Source: Eledone cirrhosa
Lineage: Eukaryota
Assembly: GCA_964016885.1 (NCBI GenBank)
Contig: OZ024745.1
Coordinates: forward strand, 104,222,001-104,286,000
Direction: 5' to 3'
DNA: 64,000 nucleotides
Position numbers and translations under genes: made by a program. Numbering within the stretch: position 1 is the first letter of the stretch; every line of letters begins with the position of its first letter. The notes beneath the pieces are model-generated. The model made no database searches. It worked only from the letters and a program-made list of their open reading frames with translations, and was not told where the DNA came from. Of this stretch, positions 13,651-27,409 are shown one piece after another.

Positions 13651-14509
13651 TTTAATTAAGAAGTTACATTATATACGAGAGTATAATGTACTAAATGTTT
13701 TTTTACATAATTTTACATAAATTCAGGGCACATTATGAAATAAAATAACATTATATAAAACAGAAAAAGTACATTCCTGTACCGGCTGGTTGACAATATA
13801 TAGAGATTTCAGGGTTTGGAAGTGTGAATATTTAAACGGCGTCTATGGTGTTTCTATAACCATAAGGTATTGTATTATTAATTTTTGTGACAGGGACAAC
13901 TTTTTGTGTCTGCAATTCTTGAACAAATTATATTTTTCCATAACAGGAGATATATTAAGATTTAACATATATTGACAAATTTATCATCAATGCATTTCTT
14001 TTATTGAAGTTGCAGTAGTTTAAATATTTAAAAATGAAAACACAAAAATCTTAAAATACTGATCGGTTCACTCGGGTGGAAATCACACTCTATAGACTTT
14101 CAAAGGTTATTGTCTTTCCAAAATCTTCTTCAATCACATAAATACGACATTTTACTCTATATCCTAAGAATAGGTTCAGAGACCTTCTTTATAACAGTTT
14201 TTACTTTTAGTAATTTAGTATTTAAGCCTCATATTACATAAGTTTAGACAATCTTGGTTTATTTATCATTATATGTACCTACATGATACTAGTTGATTCT
14301 CAACTAATTATATGAAAGAGACATTTTTGTAAATCGTTTGAATTTGTGTATATATATATATAAGCGTTAAACTAATATATTCTTTCCATATACTGTACCG
14401 ATTGTGTTGCTATTTTTGTTTACCTTTTATACATACATACATGATGGCAACCCCCTCGTTATCGAGTATGGCCATTGCACGTTATAACATTATTAATAAT
14501 TATCAATTA

Positions 14510-14730
14510 ATGGTTTCTTATATAGGCACAAGGCCAGCAATTTTGGGGGGAGGGAAAAGTCGATGAAATCGACCCCAGTGCGTGACTGGTACTTTATTTT
14601 ATCGACCCCGTAAGGATGAAAGGCAAAGTTAACCTCAGCGGGATTTGAACTCAGATCATAAAGGGCCGTAACTCTATGCAACAAAGCATGGCATCCGACC
14701 CTCTACCGATACTGCCAATCCACCGCCCTT
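14510..14730 (-). mobile_element. tRNA-derived SINE
   Basis: Reverse complement of the 13243 copy. Confidence 0.88.
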
Positions 14731-15049
14731 ATTATTAATGCTATCGTACAATGCCTGTGCATGAAGATTTTAGTTAAAGTGAGGGAAGACTGTGCACTGA
14801 GCCAATCCCACTCTCTGAGTGACAATAGCTATAAGTGGATAAAAGCATGGATAAAAGCATGGATAAAAGAAGAAAAGATGAACATCATCGGTAACTGCTG
14901 AGCCGCAGGTTTTATTTCAGAGTTATCCCAGTTTCTTGAGTTGCCTTCTCCTAGAAGAATGCCATACATACATACATACATACATACATACATACATACA
15001 TACATACATACACATATATATGAATTAAAAAATAGAGTAAGAAGCCGGG

Positions 15050-15270
15050 ACTATCCGTCATCAGTGATCTTCCGGTCATCATAAGTATTTCTTCGCATTA
15101 AAGATCATATACCTCAGGCCAGCGCGAGCAATAACTAAATAAAGTTATTGGGATAAAACGAATTGGGTGGTGAAAGAGAGACATGTAAACAAACAAGAAT
15201 GGTGAGGCAACGTAAAGGGTGGAAAATGAGAAATCAAGTCAGTGATTCAAGTGAACATAAGCTCTGGCGA
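15050..15270 (-). repeat. Dispersed repeat fragment (second copy about 54455-54660), pLTR-like with a truncated HHR 5' half
   Basis: TCATCAGTGATCTTCC..CATCAT..AAAGAxCATATACCTC is shared with 54463-54520. The minus strand has CTGATGA plus a short hairpin but no GAAA. Confidence 0.55.
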
Positions 15271-15424
15271 ATCAATGACGAGAAGACAAAAGACGCATCC
15301 AAGCCATGCGAAATGTGAGCGAGAAAAGAATATCACATGGGTCAGACGGGTGGGAGTAAGAGAGGGTGAGTAGCAGAGAATGAGTGAAAGTGTGAGGAAG
15401 AGGCTAGCCGAGAGAAGGTGACTA

Positions 15425-15483
<59 letters not shown>

Positions 15484-15485
15484 GA

Positions 15486-15554
<69 letters not shown>

Positions 15555-15820
15555 AGAATTGCAGGTTTTTGTGAAAATTTATTACATATTACAATTGTTT
15601 CTATATCGATCAGTTCGGGTTTCATCATGTGATCGGATCCCGACTCTTAATCGACCCTTCTTCAGATATGAGAGTTTATATGGATGGTCCCATCCAAACA
15701 TACATTCATACATACATATATATATGTATATATATATACATATACATGTGTGTGTGTGTGTGTGTGTAAATGAAAATACGCACGACCTATTATTATAAAT
15801 GAAATACAGGCAATACATAC

Positions 15821-15877
15821 TTGATGTAGAAATAGTGAAACGTTCAGTCATCTTCGGTTGATCTGTCGTTAATTCAC
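15821..15877 (-). CDS. Internal 57-nt phase-1 exon of the host gene (Thr/Ser-rich stalk)
   Basis: Polypyrimidine tract, then acaAG|GT GAA TTA ACG..ACA TCA A|GTATGT. Reads ELTTDQPKMTERFTISTS; frame joins the 12756 exon. Confidence 0.75.
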
Positions 15878-16054
15878 CTTGTATCAAAAAGAAAAGAATA
15901 TGAAAGGTTTTTGTGTTCATAGCTATAACCTGAACATTTAGATTGATGCCACAACATACCCAATCGTAACAAGAAATTAACAATCTCTAACATTTTTTCT
16001 GTAGAAAATGTTGAAGAGATATTTTTAGTGAAATTTCAAAGCATTAATTTATTT

Positions 16055-16092
16055 ACAATACCGGTTTCAGCATTAAAAGCATTGTCAATTGC
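16055..16092 (-). ncRNA. Minimal hammerhead ribozyme, U3-A8 core variant
   Basis: GCAA-TTGACAA-TGC(TTTTAAT)GCT-GAAAC-CG-GTA^TTGT. Confidence 0.7.
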
Positions 16093-18881
16093 GGATATGC
16101 AGAATATTGTTAAGTTGCATATTTGTACAAATAGGGAAAATAATGATAATAATAAAAAAAAAAAAAATATAGAGTGGGGAAGAAAAGTTAATTTTCACAT
16201 ACGTGATCTTTCACAGAAGAAAGTCATTTTGTCTGTCCATCCTTCTCTTCTAATGGCTTTGTTGTGACTGGAGAGGGTAGAAGCAGGAGGGGAGAGGAGA
16301 AGGTGGGGTGGCTGTTGTGGCTGCAGACTGCTATGTGGGACCCTTTGAATAGTGGATACAAGGTTTGGCTGGGATTGGTTTGAAAGGCTGAGTGACCTTA
16401 GAGTTGACCGGGGGAGGGGGGGGGGGTTCTAAATATATCTATCTTGGTATTTTTTCTTAGAAGAAATCATCAACATTGACCTTGTTTTTTTGCCACAAAG
16501 AAGATTTAGAATTATTGAAATATTAATTCCATCCCTAGCAGGAATTTTAGATTTAGAGGGATGGAGAAAATTTTGCTAGAAAGAGGGGTTCAGATCCATT
16601 GGAATACCCATTCTGTCTTCAGCAGAAGCTTCCAGATTCAGGGGAATGTAAAGCATTTAGTTTGGCACCTAAATGTTTCCATTTATCCGATTATCTTCGT
16701 GGAAGTTCGCCAGGACTTGCTGATGTGGGTGTTACTATGTGGTTGATTGGTCTGCATTATATAATTGTCAGATGTTGCTGGAATCTTGAAGAAGGGTCGA
16801 TTTGTCTAGGGTGTTGATTTTAGAGTGGGCCAGCTTTAGTTTAGTCCGAAGTGGAAACATTTAGAAGGGGTTCGTATTTTGTGATAAATTGTGATTCCCT
16901 GCTAATGCGTTGGATGTAGGAAGCGTTGTCTTTGAATTTGTAGATGGGAAAAATTCTAAAATTGGGTTGTTCATTAGATGCGCAGGTCGTATTAGTGCTA
17001 TCTTTCTGTATTCCCGTATTTTGATTTGGGATCTATGGACGGTCATACGCTGTCGGAGGCTGTTTTGGTCGACAAACTGAGCAGGTCAACATATAGATCA
17101 GGTTTTCTGATGCGCATGTGAAATTGCACTTAACTGTAAGGTGTTGTCCTTGTTTGAAGTGGAAGTCCGATTCCTCTATTAGATTGATACATATACCACA
17201 GTTGGGTCTTCCGCATTTTTTTACTGTAAGATTCATTGTTGGGGTCGGCTGGACTTTGGCCTGAGTAAGGATATTTTTTTATTGATTTAGGTTGTCTTTT
17301 ACTCTTTATGATATTGTGCATTTGGAGGATTTGGTTCATTCTTAGGTCTCTTTTTAGTAAAGGTATTAACAATGCCTCATTGTTAGGGGGGTTGTATGTG
17401 GAGATGTATGGTAGAGTTTTCAGCTTTTATTCATTCCTTGGTTTGGGGTGTCTAAGTTCCTGGATGTTGAGTATTAGGGCACGTTGGAATCCATTGTTGA
17501 TTAGGGATTGTGGGTAATTCCTGCTAATAAGTGTGTTCTTTAATTCTTCTAGTCGTATGTAGCATGTGTATTTATCAGATACTATTGTGCAGATCCTTTT
17601 GGCTAGGTTGTAAAGAATGCTCATTTTGGTGTGTCTAGGCTGGCATGAGTTGAATGGAAGATACCGTTTGGAGTCTGTGGATTTATAGTATATGTCTGTT
17701 TCTATTTTATTGTTGGCTTTCTTGATAAGGATGTCGAGGAAAGGAAATTGTTCGTGGCTGTATTCCATTGAATGTTTGTGTTGAGTCCAATTAGAAGTGT
17801 TTTAAATTCAAAAAGTCTTTCTATGCTTTCATGCCAGAGGATGAAGCAATCGTCCAGATATCTCTTCCAGTTTTTTTCTATGTGGAGGTAGAAGGGGTTT
17901 CCGTATTTATCTAGTACTTTTCGGTAGAGGGTGATTTCCAAGTATCCCATAACGAGGTTGGCGTAAGAGGGGTCGTTTTCGTGCCCATGGCAGTTCCGAA
18001 TTTCTGTCTGTAGAATTTGACATCGAATTCGAAGAGTTATTCTCCAAGATAAATTTGAGCCCATCTATAACGAATTTTCTAACCAGAATTGCCTCTATTC
18101 CTATATTGTGTGGGATATTGGAATAAAGGTTGACTACATCAAAAGACACTAGTAGGGGATGGTCATTATTAAGTGTTTTGGGGAGGTGGTTGAGCATATC
18201 GTGGTCGTCCCTTATGTAGCTTTTAATGTGTTTCAGGAATGGTTTTAACAGGATATCTAGGAAGTTGCTGAGGCGGTGGGTTTCACAAGCGGGACCTGCT
18301 ATTATAGGTCTTAATTTAAGGTCGTTGGGTGAGGGGACGTTTATGAATAAGTCTGTAGCTTCCTTGCATGCCTTACTTATTTTTCGCTTTTGTGTATCTT
18401 AGGGATACCGTAGAAAAGGCTGGGTTTGCTTTTGAAGTCAATGATATAGTTGTATTCCATGTCGGTAAGTCCGTCTCTGTAAAGGTTTGTTAGAGTTTTT
18501 AGGTTTCTCATTATTTTCTGTTGGCTGTAGTGTTGAGCCTTTTCGAAGTATGTTTCGTCTTCTAAAGATGAGAGTACTAGGGTTATATAATATTTTGTCT
18601 CCATAAGGACTACCGCAGTCCCTTTATCCGCCTCTTTATTTGTTATAGTTTTATCATTCTTTAATCTGTTCAGCTCTTCTCCTCTCCCCTCCTGCTTCTA
18701 CCCTCTCCAGTCACAACAAAGCCATTAGCAGAGAAGGATGGACAGAAAAAATGACTTTTTTCTCTGAAGGATCACGTATATGAAAATTAACTTTTCTTCC
18801 CCTCTCTCTATATATTTTTTGTTATTATCATTGATTTCCCTATTTGTACAAATATGCAACTTAACAATATTCTGCATATCC

Positions 18882-18919
18882 GCAATTGACAATGCAGTTA
18901 ATGCTGAAACCGGTATTGT
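18882..18919 (+). ncRNA. Minimal hammerhead ribozyme, U3-A8 core variant (inverted pLTR copy)
   Basis: GCAA-TTGACAA-TGCA(GTTAA)TGCT-GAAAC-CG-GTA^TTGT; palindromic stem III ACCGGT. Confidence 0.72.
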
Positions 18920-19000
18920 AAATAAATCAATGCTTTGAAATTTCAATAAAAATATCTTCAACATTTTCTACAGAAAAAATATTTTTCCTTTCTACTATTT

Positions 19001-19075
<75 letters not shown>

Positions 19076-19174
19076 CAGAGGCGATGGAACCCCCCTCCAA
19101 TAATTATATTTTCTCCCCAAAGTACCAAAACACATCTATTTGTATATGCGCTACAATTTATGTACACGTTATGT

Positions 19175-20460
19175 AGAGATATATGGGAGAGATAGATATA
19201 GATATGGAGAGCGGGATTAAAAGAAAGTTCCGCGTAGTTGATTTAGAGAGGAGAAGAGTTTGGTATTACTTTATATAGAGAGGGAGATTGGAAGAGAGTT
19301 CCGTGTAGTAGATATAGAGAGGAGAAGAGTTTGGTATTACTTGATATAGAGAGGGAGATTGGAAGAGAGTTCCGTGTAGTAGATATAGAGAGGAGAAGAG
19401 TTTGGTATTACTTGATATAGAGAGGGGTATTAAAATAGAGTTCCATGTAGTAGATATAGAGAGGGGGAGAATTTGGTGGTAATGAATAGAATGAGAGGAT
19501 TGATAGAGATAAGTATTGATAGGTGTAGAGAGGGAGATAGTTTGGTCGCGATGGATAGAGTGAGAAGGAATGAGAGAGAGTGTTGCATGGTAGACATAGA
19601 AAGAGGGAATAGTTTGGTGGTAATTGATATAGTGAGGGAATGGGAGAGTGTGTTGTAAATTAGATATAGAGAATGGGGAGAGATTGATGTTTATTGATAT
19701 AGAGAGAGGAATTTAAAGAGAGTTCCGTGTAGTAGATATAGAGAGGGGGAGTTGTTGGTGTTAATTGATATAGAGAGAGGGGTTTGGGAGAGAGTGTTGT
19801 ACAATTGATGCAGAAAGGGGGAGAGTTTGGTGTTACTTGATATAGAGAGGGAGATTGGAAGAGAGTTTCGTGTAGTAAATATAGAGAGGGGGAGATGTTG
19901 GTGTTACTTGATATAGAGAGGGAGATTGGAAGAGAGTTTTGTGTAGTAAATATAGAGGAGGAGAGTTTTGTGGTGATTGAGAGGATTGATAGAGATATAT
20001 ATTGATAGATATAGAGAGGGGGAGCGTTTGGTAGTGATGGATAGAGTGAGAGGGAATGAGAAAGAAAGAGTGTTGTATGGTAGATATAGAGATGGGTAAT
20101 TAATATATAGAGGGGCATTGGGAGAGAGAGTGTCGTGTAGTAGATATAGAGAGGGGGAGATTTCAATGCTTGTAGATATAATTTGGGGGATGGGGGAGAT
20201 AAATATTGTTAATTATAAAGAGGGGGATTGGGAGAGACAATATCGTAAAAGACAAAGAGGGGGGAGTTTGTGATGGATAGAGAGAAAACGATTACGAGAG
20301 AGTGTGGTAGAGATGGCGAGGAGTAGAGTTTGGAGATGATTGATATAAAGAGGGGGATTGGGAGAATGTTTTGTATGTTAGATATAGAGAGGAAGAATTT
20401 GGTGGTTGTAGATATAGAGAAAGGTTAATGGGAGAGTGTCGTTTAGTAGACATAGAGAGG
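19175..20460. repeat. Degenerate purine-rich minisatellite, about 71-bp unit built from two GATATAGAGAGG-containing subunits
   Basis: CCGTGTAGTAGATATAGAGAGG recurs at 19301 and 19372, then decays toward 20460. Confidence 0.85.
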
Positions 20461-20582
20461 GTCTAAAATAATAGGTTGGGTGGGAATGAGTGAGGGAGGG
20501 GTTGGCTTGGTAAATCATTAATTGTATAGTTTTCGTTCGTAAATATGGGATTTCTTGTAATGTTCTCTTTTGTTGTATATAA

Positions 20583-20705
20583 TTGTTTCTACTTTTGGCG
20601 CAAGGCCAGCAATTACCCAGTACATTACTGTTATTTTATTTTATCGACCCCATAGTTAACCTCGACGGGATTTGAACTCAGACCATAAAGGGACGTAACT
20701 ATGCT
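20583..20705 (-). mobile_element. tRNA-derived SINE, partial
   Basis: Reverse complement of the B-box and core. Confidence 0.8.
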
Positions 20706-20825
20706 AGGTTTTTTGTTGTATACAATGTTTTTACTTTAATGTAAAATGAAATAATTAGCCCTGAGAGTGTGTGAATTATAGACAGACGTAAGAATTAAAA
20801 CTCAATACCGAAGTAGAGTTTAAAT

Positions 20826-20974
20826 ATTCATTTATTATGGCTAAGTGATGAGTCTTGTTACTCTGGAGTTTCACCTGTGTACTTACAGGATCATCAGACA
20901 TGGCTGGTGATCCTGTGAGTGCGCAGGTGAAATTTTAGAGTAACATAGTTCACCAATAGCCATAATAAATCAAT
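20826..20974 (+). ncRNA. Long hairpin formed by an inverted duplication of an HHR-bearing segment; intact HHR on the minus strand at 20856-20900
   Basis: 20856-20897 pairs with 20904-20945: 42 contiguous pairs including 7 G.U, with a 6-nt loop. Minus strand reads TGT-CTGATGA-TCCTGT(AAGTAC)ACAGGT-GAAACTC(CA)GAGTA^ACA. Confidence 0.75.
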
Positions 20975-21004
20975 GTATATATATCTATATATCTATATCT
21001 ATCT

Positions 21005-24000
21005 GCGAAGGACTGGTTTTTCGCACGATTTTGAACAAACAAAAAAACCAGCGTTCCTTACTCAAGGCGAAATTGAAATCGTCTTGAAAGAGGCAATGGC
21101 AGACATACACTTCATACAAAAGGCTAAACTATATGAAGCATTTCGGTGCTCTTCAAAAGTGAAGCCCTTGCGAAACAATACTCAGTGACCCCGGTCACCT
21201 CTGCCACACACACCTTTTTCCCTACATACATGGGAAAAAGAACACAAAAGATAAACATTACCAATATACCACCCAACATTAACATCTGGTGGATTCTGGC
21301 AGGGTTCTTGGAGGAGGATGAAGACACAATACTGTCGATTCAAAAATCCACAAGAAACACCTGGAACAGCACAAGCTTGGAAATTTTGGTCCAAAAGAAA
21401 CCGGACAGAATTTCCAAGATACCAGAAAGAGTGCCAGTAGACAATACAAACTATATACAGATTTCGGCAGAAGCAGAGCGGCCACATTGTTTTAAATGAA
21501 CAAGCACATCGCATTTAAAGGCCTACTGTCCTCTCTTACGAACAACCCCCCTCCCCCCAAAAAGTACTTTTACCAACACCAACTCCAAAACCACCACAAC
21601 AACAACACACAAAAACAAGCAACTGCTCAACCACAAACAACAGAAAAAACACAAACAATTCACCTGAAAAACACACTCATCCCACTCCACCCAACACTAC
21701 CACAATCACACACACAAACACATCATCACCACACAACGTACCACTCCCACACGCCCCTGATGACGATTCATCGCCAGACGAGGCTACTTCTTCATCCCCA
21801 AGTCAAGATGAAGGAGAGTCTCGGAAAAAAAAAGAGACACCGCAAAGCAACAAAAACACTAATCACCAACACGAACACACAACCACCAACACAAACAACA
21901 ACACAAAAACCACCACAATCACTCCCCTCCCTACCAGCAAAACAAACGCCAACACCACCCAAACACAAATACCCACCATAAATAGAAAACTACAAAATGA
22001 ATAACAAACCAAGACAACACAACAAAAAACAAACAACAATACAAATGCATTAACACAAACAACAAAAACATAATGGAGGTCATCTCCCAAGACCCCAAAG
22101 TAGAAACTGAGGGGAAAACTTTTGTCAAGGCAGACACTCAACCACACCTAAAACTGATAAGGGTTTCTATCGAAACCTATCAGAAATTAAAAGAACAATT
22201 TTCGCTGGACGTTGGCAACCCCTGTCAAAAGCCGATTAACCGCGTCCTATTAAAATGTTTCCCCACCCCACTCAACACCCCACCAGCACCCAAATGGAGT
22301 TTGAACAACCCGATCTCCAGGAAACGAAAAGGTAAGTGCATCTTTTCGTCCTTTTTCGCCAACTCTTCTTCACCAACATGGCTAGTTTACGAGTTGGAAG
22401 TGTGAATGTGCGTGGCCTACGGTTGCCCTGGAAACAGGGCCAACTTTTAAACGAACTTAGGTCACACGGTATGGATGTGATAGCCATCACCGAGTCCAGG
22501 ATCCACAACAGGCAGCAATTAACCCCCATCTTCAATGACTTTGAGATCTACGCATCTCTCTGTCAGCCAGGGGGTGGAGGGGGAGTGGCTGTCATGTTCG
22601 GAAAAACCTGGACCTCGAAGTACTGCAAGTACACTTGGACCCGGAGGGTAACTGGTAGTCCTAGATGTGAACAGTGTTGGAGGTGGAGCCTTCAGACATG
22701 TGGCCGTTTATGCCCCAACTGGGCAATCGCGGCCAGACTTCTTTAAGCGTCTAGAGTTTTTTCTCGGAACGTCTCACTCCTTGCTTTTAGTGGGGGACTG
22801 GAATGGTATCCTAGACGCATGGTGGGATTATGTAGGATCATGTCCCAGTAGAGAGGGGTGCAACAGCCTCAAAACTTTAATCGGACAATTCCAACTGGCC
22901 GATAGATATCGACTAGATTTCCCGACTGCATCACAGTGGACGTGGACAAACCTCAGCGGGACATCTAGATCGTATTTAGACAGGTTCTTTATTAGAGAGA
23001 GAGACAAGATGTTAAGCTGTCCACAAATGCACATGGTTGCCTATTCAGACCACAAACTAGTCATCTCCATAGTCAACCGTGATAGAATACATAGACAAGG
23101 ACCCGGATACTGGAAGCTGAACGCGTCGCTACCGACACGTAAAGCCTACAGTGAACGGATAAGTAGATTAGTGAACCATAGTTGACGGGAGCCATCGTCA
23201 ACAACAGATAGTGGTACTCTCTCAAGAGAGCAATTAGAGTAGAGTCGTTAGACTTTATAAGAGAATTAGCCTTAGAGAAAAACAAAACAGTAGTGGAACT
23301 AGTAGTCAAGGTAGAGGAGGCGCTTAGGAGTGGCAACGCAGCTAGAGTGGTAGCAACGAGAACGGCACTGGACCAGTTCTTCGACGCGGAACACGAAGGC
23401 TGCGTGGTCAGATGAAACAAAAGCTGTTAGCTGAGCCCGAGTAACAGAGGCGAAAAGTGGCAACAAGTCCACGATTCGGTCTTTGAAAGATCAAAACGAA
23501 CTCGTGCTACTTGACCCCAAGCGGATGTGCGCGGCCTTTCAGCCGCACTTTGCGCAACTCTTCGAGCAGGGTGGTGGTGCGTCGAACGGGCAATGGACTT
23601 CGGTTCATACCTCGACGGCCTGCCGCGTCTCTCGAACATAGACACCGAGTTCTGCGAAAGACCGATCACAGCCACTGAGATACGGGACGCTCTGGGCCGC
23701 TGCGGGAAACGCAATTCACCCCGTCTAGATGGTCTACCATATGAGTTTTACATAGGCAAGCCGGACTTGTTCTCTGGCGTCCTGAAGCCGTCTACTGCAA
23801 CTGGCAGCAGAACGGGAGAATTCCCAGTTCTGCAGGCAGGGGCGTAGTAACGCTGATCAGGAAACACGAGAACAAGGGGGACGAACTAAGCAACTTTAGG
23901 CCCATAACTCTGCTCAACACAGAGTTAAAGATTTTGGTCAAGGTGTTGGCAACGAGGTTGGCGTTTCTCATGGAGAACCTGGTAGGGAAAGCGCAAACGC

Positions 24001-25963
24001 GTGCAATCCCGACCAGGTCCATACACGAGAACCTTCACCTCATGCAATACATCATAGGGTGGGTGGGGTGTAAACACGGCTTCGGTGGGGCTCTGATCAA
24101 TTTAGATCAGTCTAAGGCGTTCGATACTTGGAAGCGGTTCTCAAGGCGGCCGGTTTCGGACGCGTTTTCGGAGGCTGAATCGCCGCAATGCACAGCAACA
24201 TCGGCTCGAGGGTCAAGGTGAACGGCTACCTATCGGAGCCGTTCGCAATCACGCGTTCCACTCGACAGGGATGTCATCTCTCCTCCATTCTGTACGTGCT
24301 GACTCTGGAGCAAACTACTGCGTAAGTTGGAGCTGCTGCAGAGAATATGGTTGGAACCTGGACTGCTGAAAGCGGCGTCGGCTTATGCCGACGACGTGAC
24401 AGTAATGGTGTCGGAAACCTCGGAAATCGGGGTGATCGGCAAATTACTGCAGGAATACGAAAGGCTCACAGGAGCAAAACTGAACCCGGACAAGTCCGTC
24501 GGTTTGCAACTCGAAAAAACCGATCCCGTCCGACAGCGTCGTCAGACGCTGGACGGACTGACCGGTGAAACTGCTAGGGGTCTGGTTCGGTCCAGACCTC
24601 CAGGTGGAGAAAAACTGGAACGAGGTCACAGCCAAGGTATTTGCGTTCACCCAGAAGTGGGCAGAGTGCAAACTATCCTTGAAAGGTCGAGCGGAGGTGG
24701 CGAACACTTTCATAGCATCCGTCATCTACTACCGTTTGACTGTCGTGCCTTGTCCCTGTGAACACCTCACCAAGATGGAACGCATGCTCTTCTAGTTCCT
24801 TTGAAGAAGCAGGCTCCACTGGTGAGGAGATCCGTCTGCTGTCAGCACCCTTCCAACGGAGGGCTGGGAAGGCCGTGGCTGATGATGCGCAAACATGCGC
24901 TGAGGCTACGGCATCTACAGGTATTCCTCATCGACCCTACCTGTGTAGGCACCGTTTGTGAGACAGGCCTTCCCGCAACTTGTCTCATTGACGGAGCTGC
25001 AGTCCTGGGTCAAGCGCAGACCGAAAAAGATGGGCACCTGGCACATTGAATGCGCTCAGGCGCTCACAGTCCTCTGGCAAGCGGGTACGGCAATCAGTGG
25101 AGACTCCACTTCAACATTCTATAGAGGGTTAGTACGATACAAGGGCGACTACGTGCTCGGAGAGACTCTGGGCGTCAAAGACGACAAGCTCACCACTCTG
25201 TTTGGTAGGGCTTTCCGCCCGGGACCTATGGAGAACTTCCAGAGGTCCCTGGCCTGGCAGTGCTATCGAGGAGCTCTACCAGTGCGAGACAAGATCTACA
25301 GGCACGGACGCCCCGGCAGGGATTCTTCCAAGAGGAAGTGTCCAAGATGCGAGCAGGACATTGAAACCGTCTTGCCCGGGCGTAACCGACCTGTGGAACT
25401 ACGCAGAACAACTGCTGTCGCGTATGGGACAAATCCAGTTGACTGCCGAGTTCATAGTAAGGATCAAACCACCAACCTCTTTCAAAAACGAAAGAGAGGC
25501 GGTTTTCCTTTGTATAGTGGCTACGGTGAAAGAGCTTATATGGTGGACGAGATTGAGAGGACTGAGGACAGATGCCTTTCTCTCCAGACAACAACTCATT
25601 CCCTTCTTTAGATACCACTTTAGAAGGAGAATCAGAGTGGAGAGAGAGGCACTGCACCCCAGTAAATTTACTGAAAGGTGGATGAAAGCAGCAACAATGG
25701 CCCGAGTGATTGGCCCTTCTATGTATATAAACATATAGGTTGAAGAAGAGAGCAAAAGGAAGAAAGGAGCACTTGCACAACACGCTCCTGATGTTGAGGG
25801 TTGTTCTATCGACGGGGTATTAAACAACCCATTTGTGGCGCCTCCACCCTATTGGGGATTTCGATTGTTATAATTGTTTGTTTCAATATTTTTACACAAC
25901 TGTATGTAAAATCCCCGGCATGTGTCTTTCTATTGTCCCCTTTTCTTGTGCGCAAATAAAGAC
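21005..25963 (+). mobile_element. Near full-length decayed L1/Tx1-clade LINE (ORF1 about 21.0-22.3 kb; ORF2 APE-RT-Zn knuckle 22378-25738)
   Basis: MASLRVGSVNVRGL, AITES, VYAP, GDWN, SRSYLDRFF, SDH, GPGYWKLN, SPRLDGLPYEFY, RPITLLN, LDQSKAFD, AYADDV, CPRC. AATAAA at about 25955. Confidence 0.92.
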
Positions 25964-26005
25964 ATATATCTATATCTATATCTATATCTATCTATCTATC
26001 AATAT

Positions 26006-26130
<125 letters not shown>

Positions 26131-26156
26131 ATGTAATAAACAACATAAGGCAATTA

Positions 26157-26216
26157 TTCCATTTACCAGTGGTTTCTTAAAAGCAAAAGGTTTTGCTTTC
26201 AATCCTCAGAATGAAA
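26157..26216 (-). ncRNA. Type-I hammerhead ribozyme
   Basis: TTTCATT-CTGAGGA-TTGAAAGCAAAA(CC)TTTTGCTTTTAA-GAAACC(ACT)GGTA^AATGGAA. Confidence 0.88.
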
Positions 26217-26363
26217 AAATCCTGGTTTGTTTATTGAATTTGGATTTTAAAAAACAAAAATACAATCTAAATGAAAGTGAGGTTGGAGAAGGAAGAAGGA
26301 AAGGAAAAATAAAATAAAACTACACATGCAAACACACACACAAAAAAACACAAAAGCATACAT

Positions 26364-26426
<63 letters not shown>

Positions 26427-27001
26427 CATACACATATATATAAAAAACATACACTTATATACACATACACATACATACACATATACACATACATACATTC
26501 ATACATACACACACACACACACACACATACACATATACACACATATATATATACATATATATATATATATACACATATACACATACACATATATACACAT
26601 GTATGTACAAGCATACACATATACAAACATAGCCATACACACACACATATATACATACATACATTCACACAATCATACATATATACATACGTACATACAT
26701 ACACATACATAAATGCACTCCTCTACATATTCACACACGCAAATAAATATAAGAAAAAAAATATAAATATTAAAAAATTTTTGACACCGTTACATAAGGC
26801 AGCTAACTGGACAGACACGCGTGGTAAGTAATACACACAAATGTACGTATACATACGTACGAAATCGTAAACCCATACACACACTCTCACACATAAATAT
26901 ACAAATACATAAACACATACATACACATACATGCACAAACACGCACACGTATACAATATATACACACACATATGTATATGTAATTATATACGCACACACA
27001 T

Positions 27002-27040
<39 letters not shown>

Positions 27041-27218
27041 CATAAATATAAACGCACACACACACACATATATACGTACACATACACACACATATACATA
27101 CATAGCTAAACAATTATACACATACAAATACGTATATATCATAAACATGCACAACCAAATACAGACACACACACACACATACATATACACACATTTATAT
27201 ATATACATATAGATATAC

Positions 27219-27273
<55 letters not shown>

Positions 27274-27409
27274 CATACATATACATATGCATACACATAC
27301 ACACACACATACATGTGTGTATGTGTAAAACTCAGTCTTAGATAATTCATAAGAACCTTAAATATACATATATATAGTAGTAAAGTAATAAAGCAACATA
27401 AGGCAATTA

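Larger units (their letters stand above)
15987..18978 (-). mobile_element. Decayed Neptune-like PLE with 3' pLTR (about 15987-16300) and inverted upstream pLTR copy (about 18675-18978)
   Basis: ADKG motif region, FYGIPKIHK, SFDVVNLYSNIP, PSYANLVMG, RYLDDCF, PFLDILI, TDIYYKSTD, KKCGRPNCGIC..FTCASENLIY. Terminal inverted repeats of about 300 bp. Confidence 0.9.

Noticed and set aside
19175-20460. Regularly spaced repeats resembling a CRISPR array
   Set aside because: There are no unique spacers and no cas genes, and the context is eukaryotic; it is a minisatellite.
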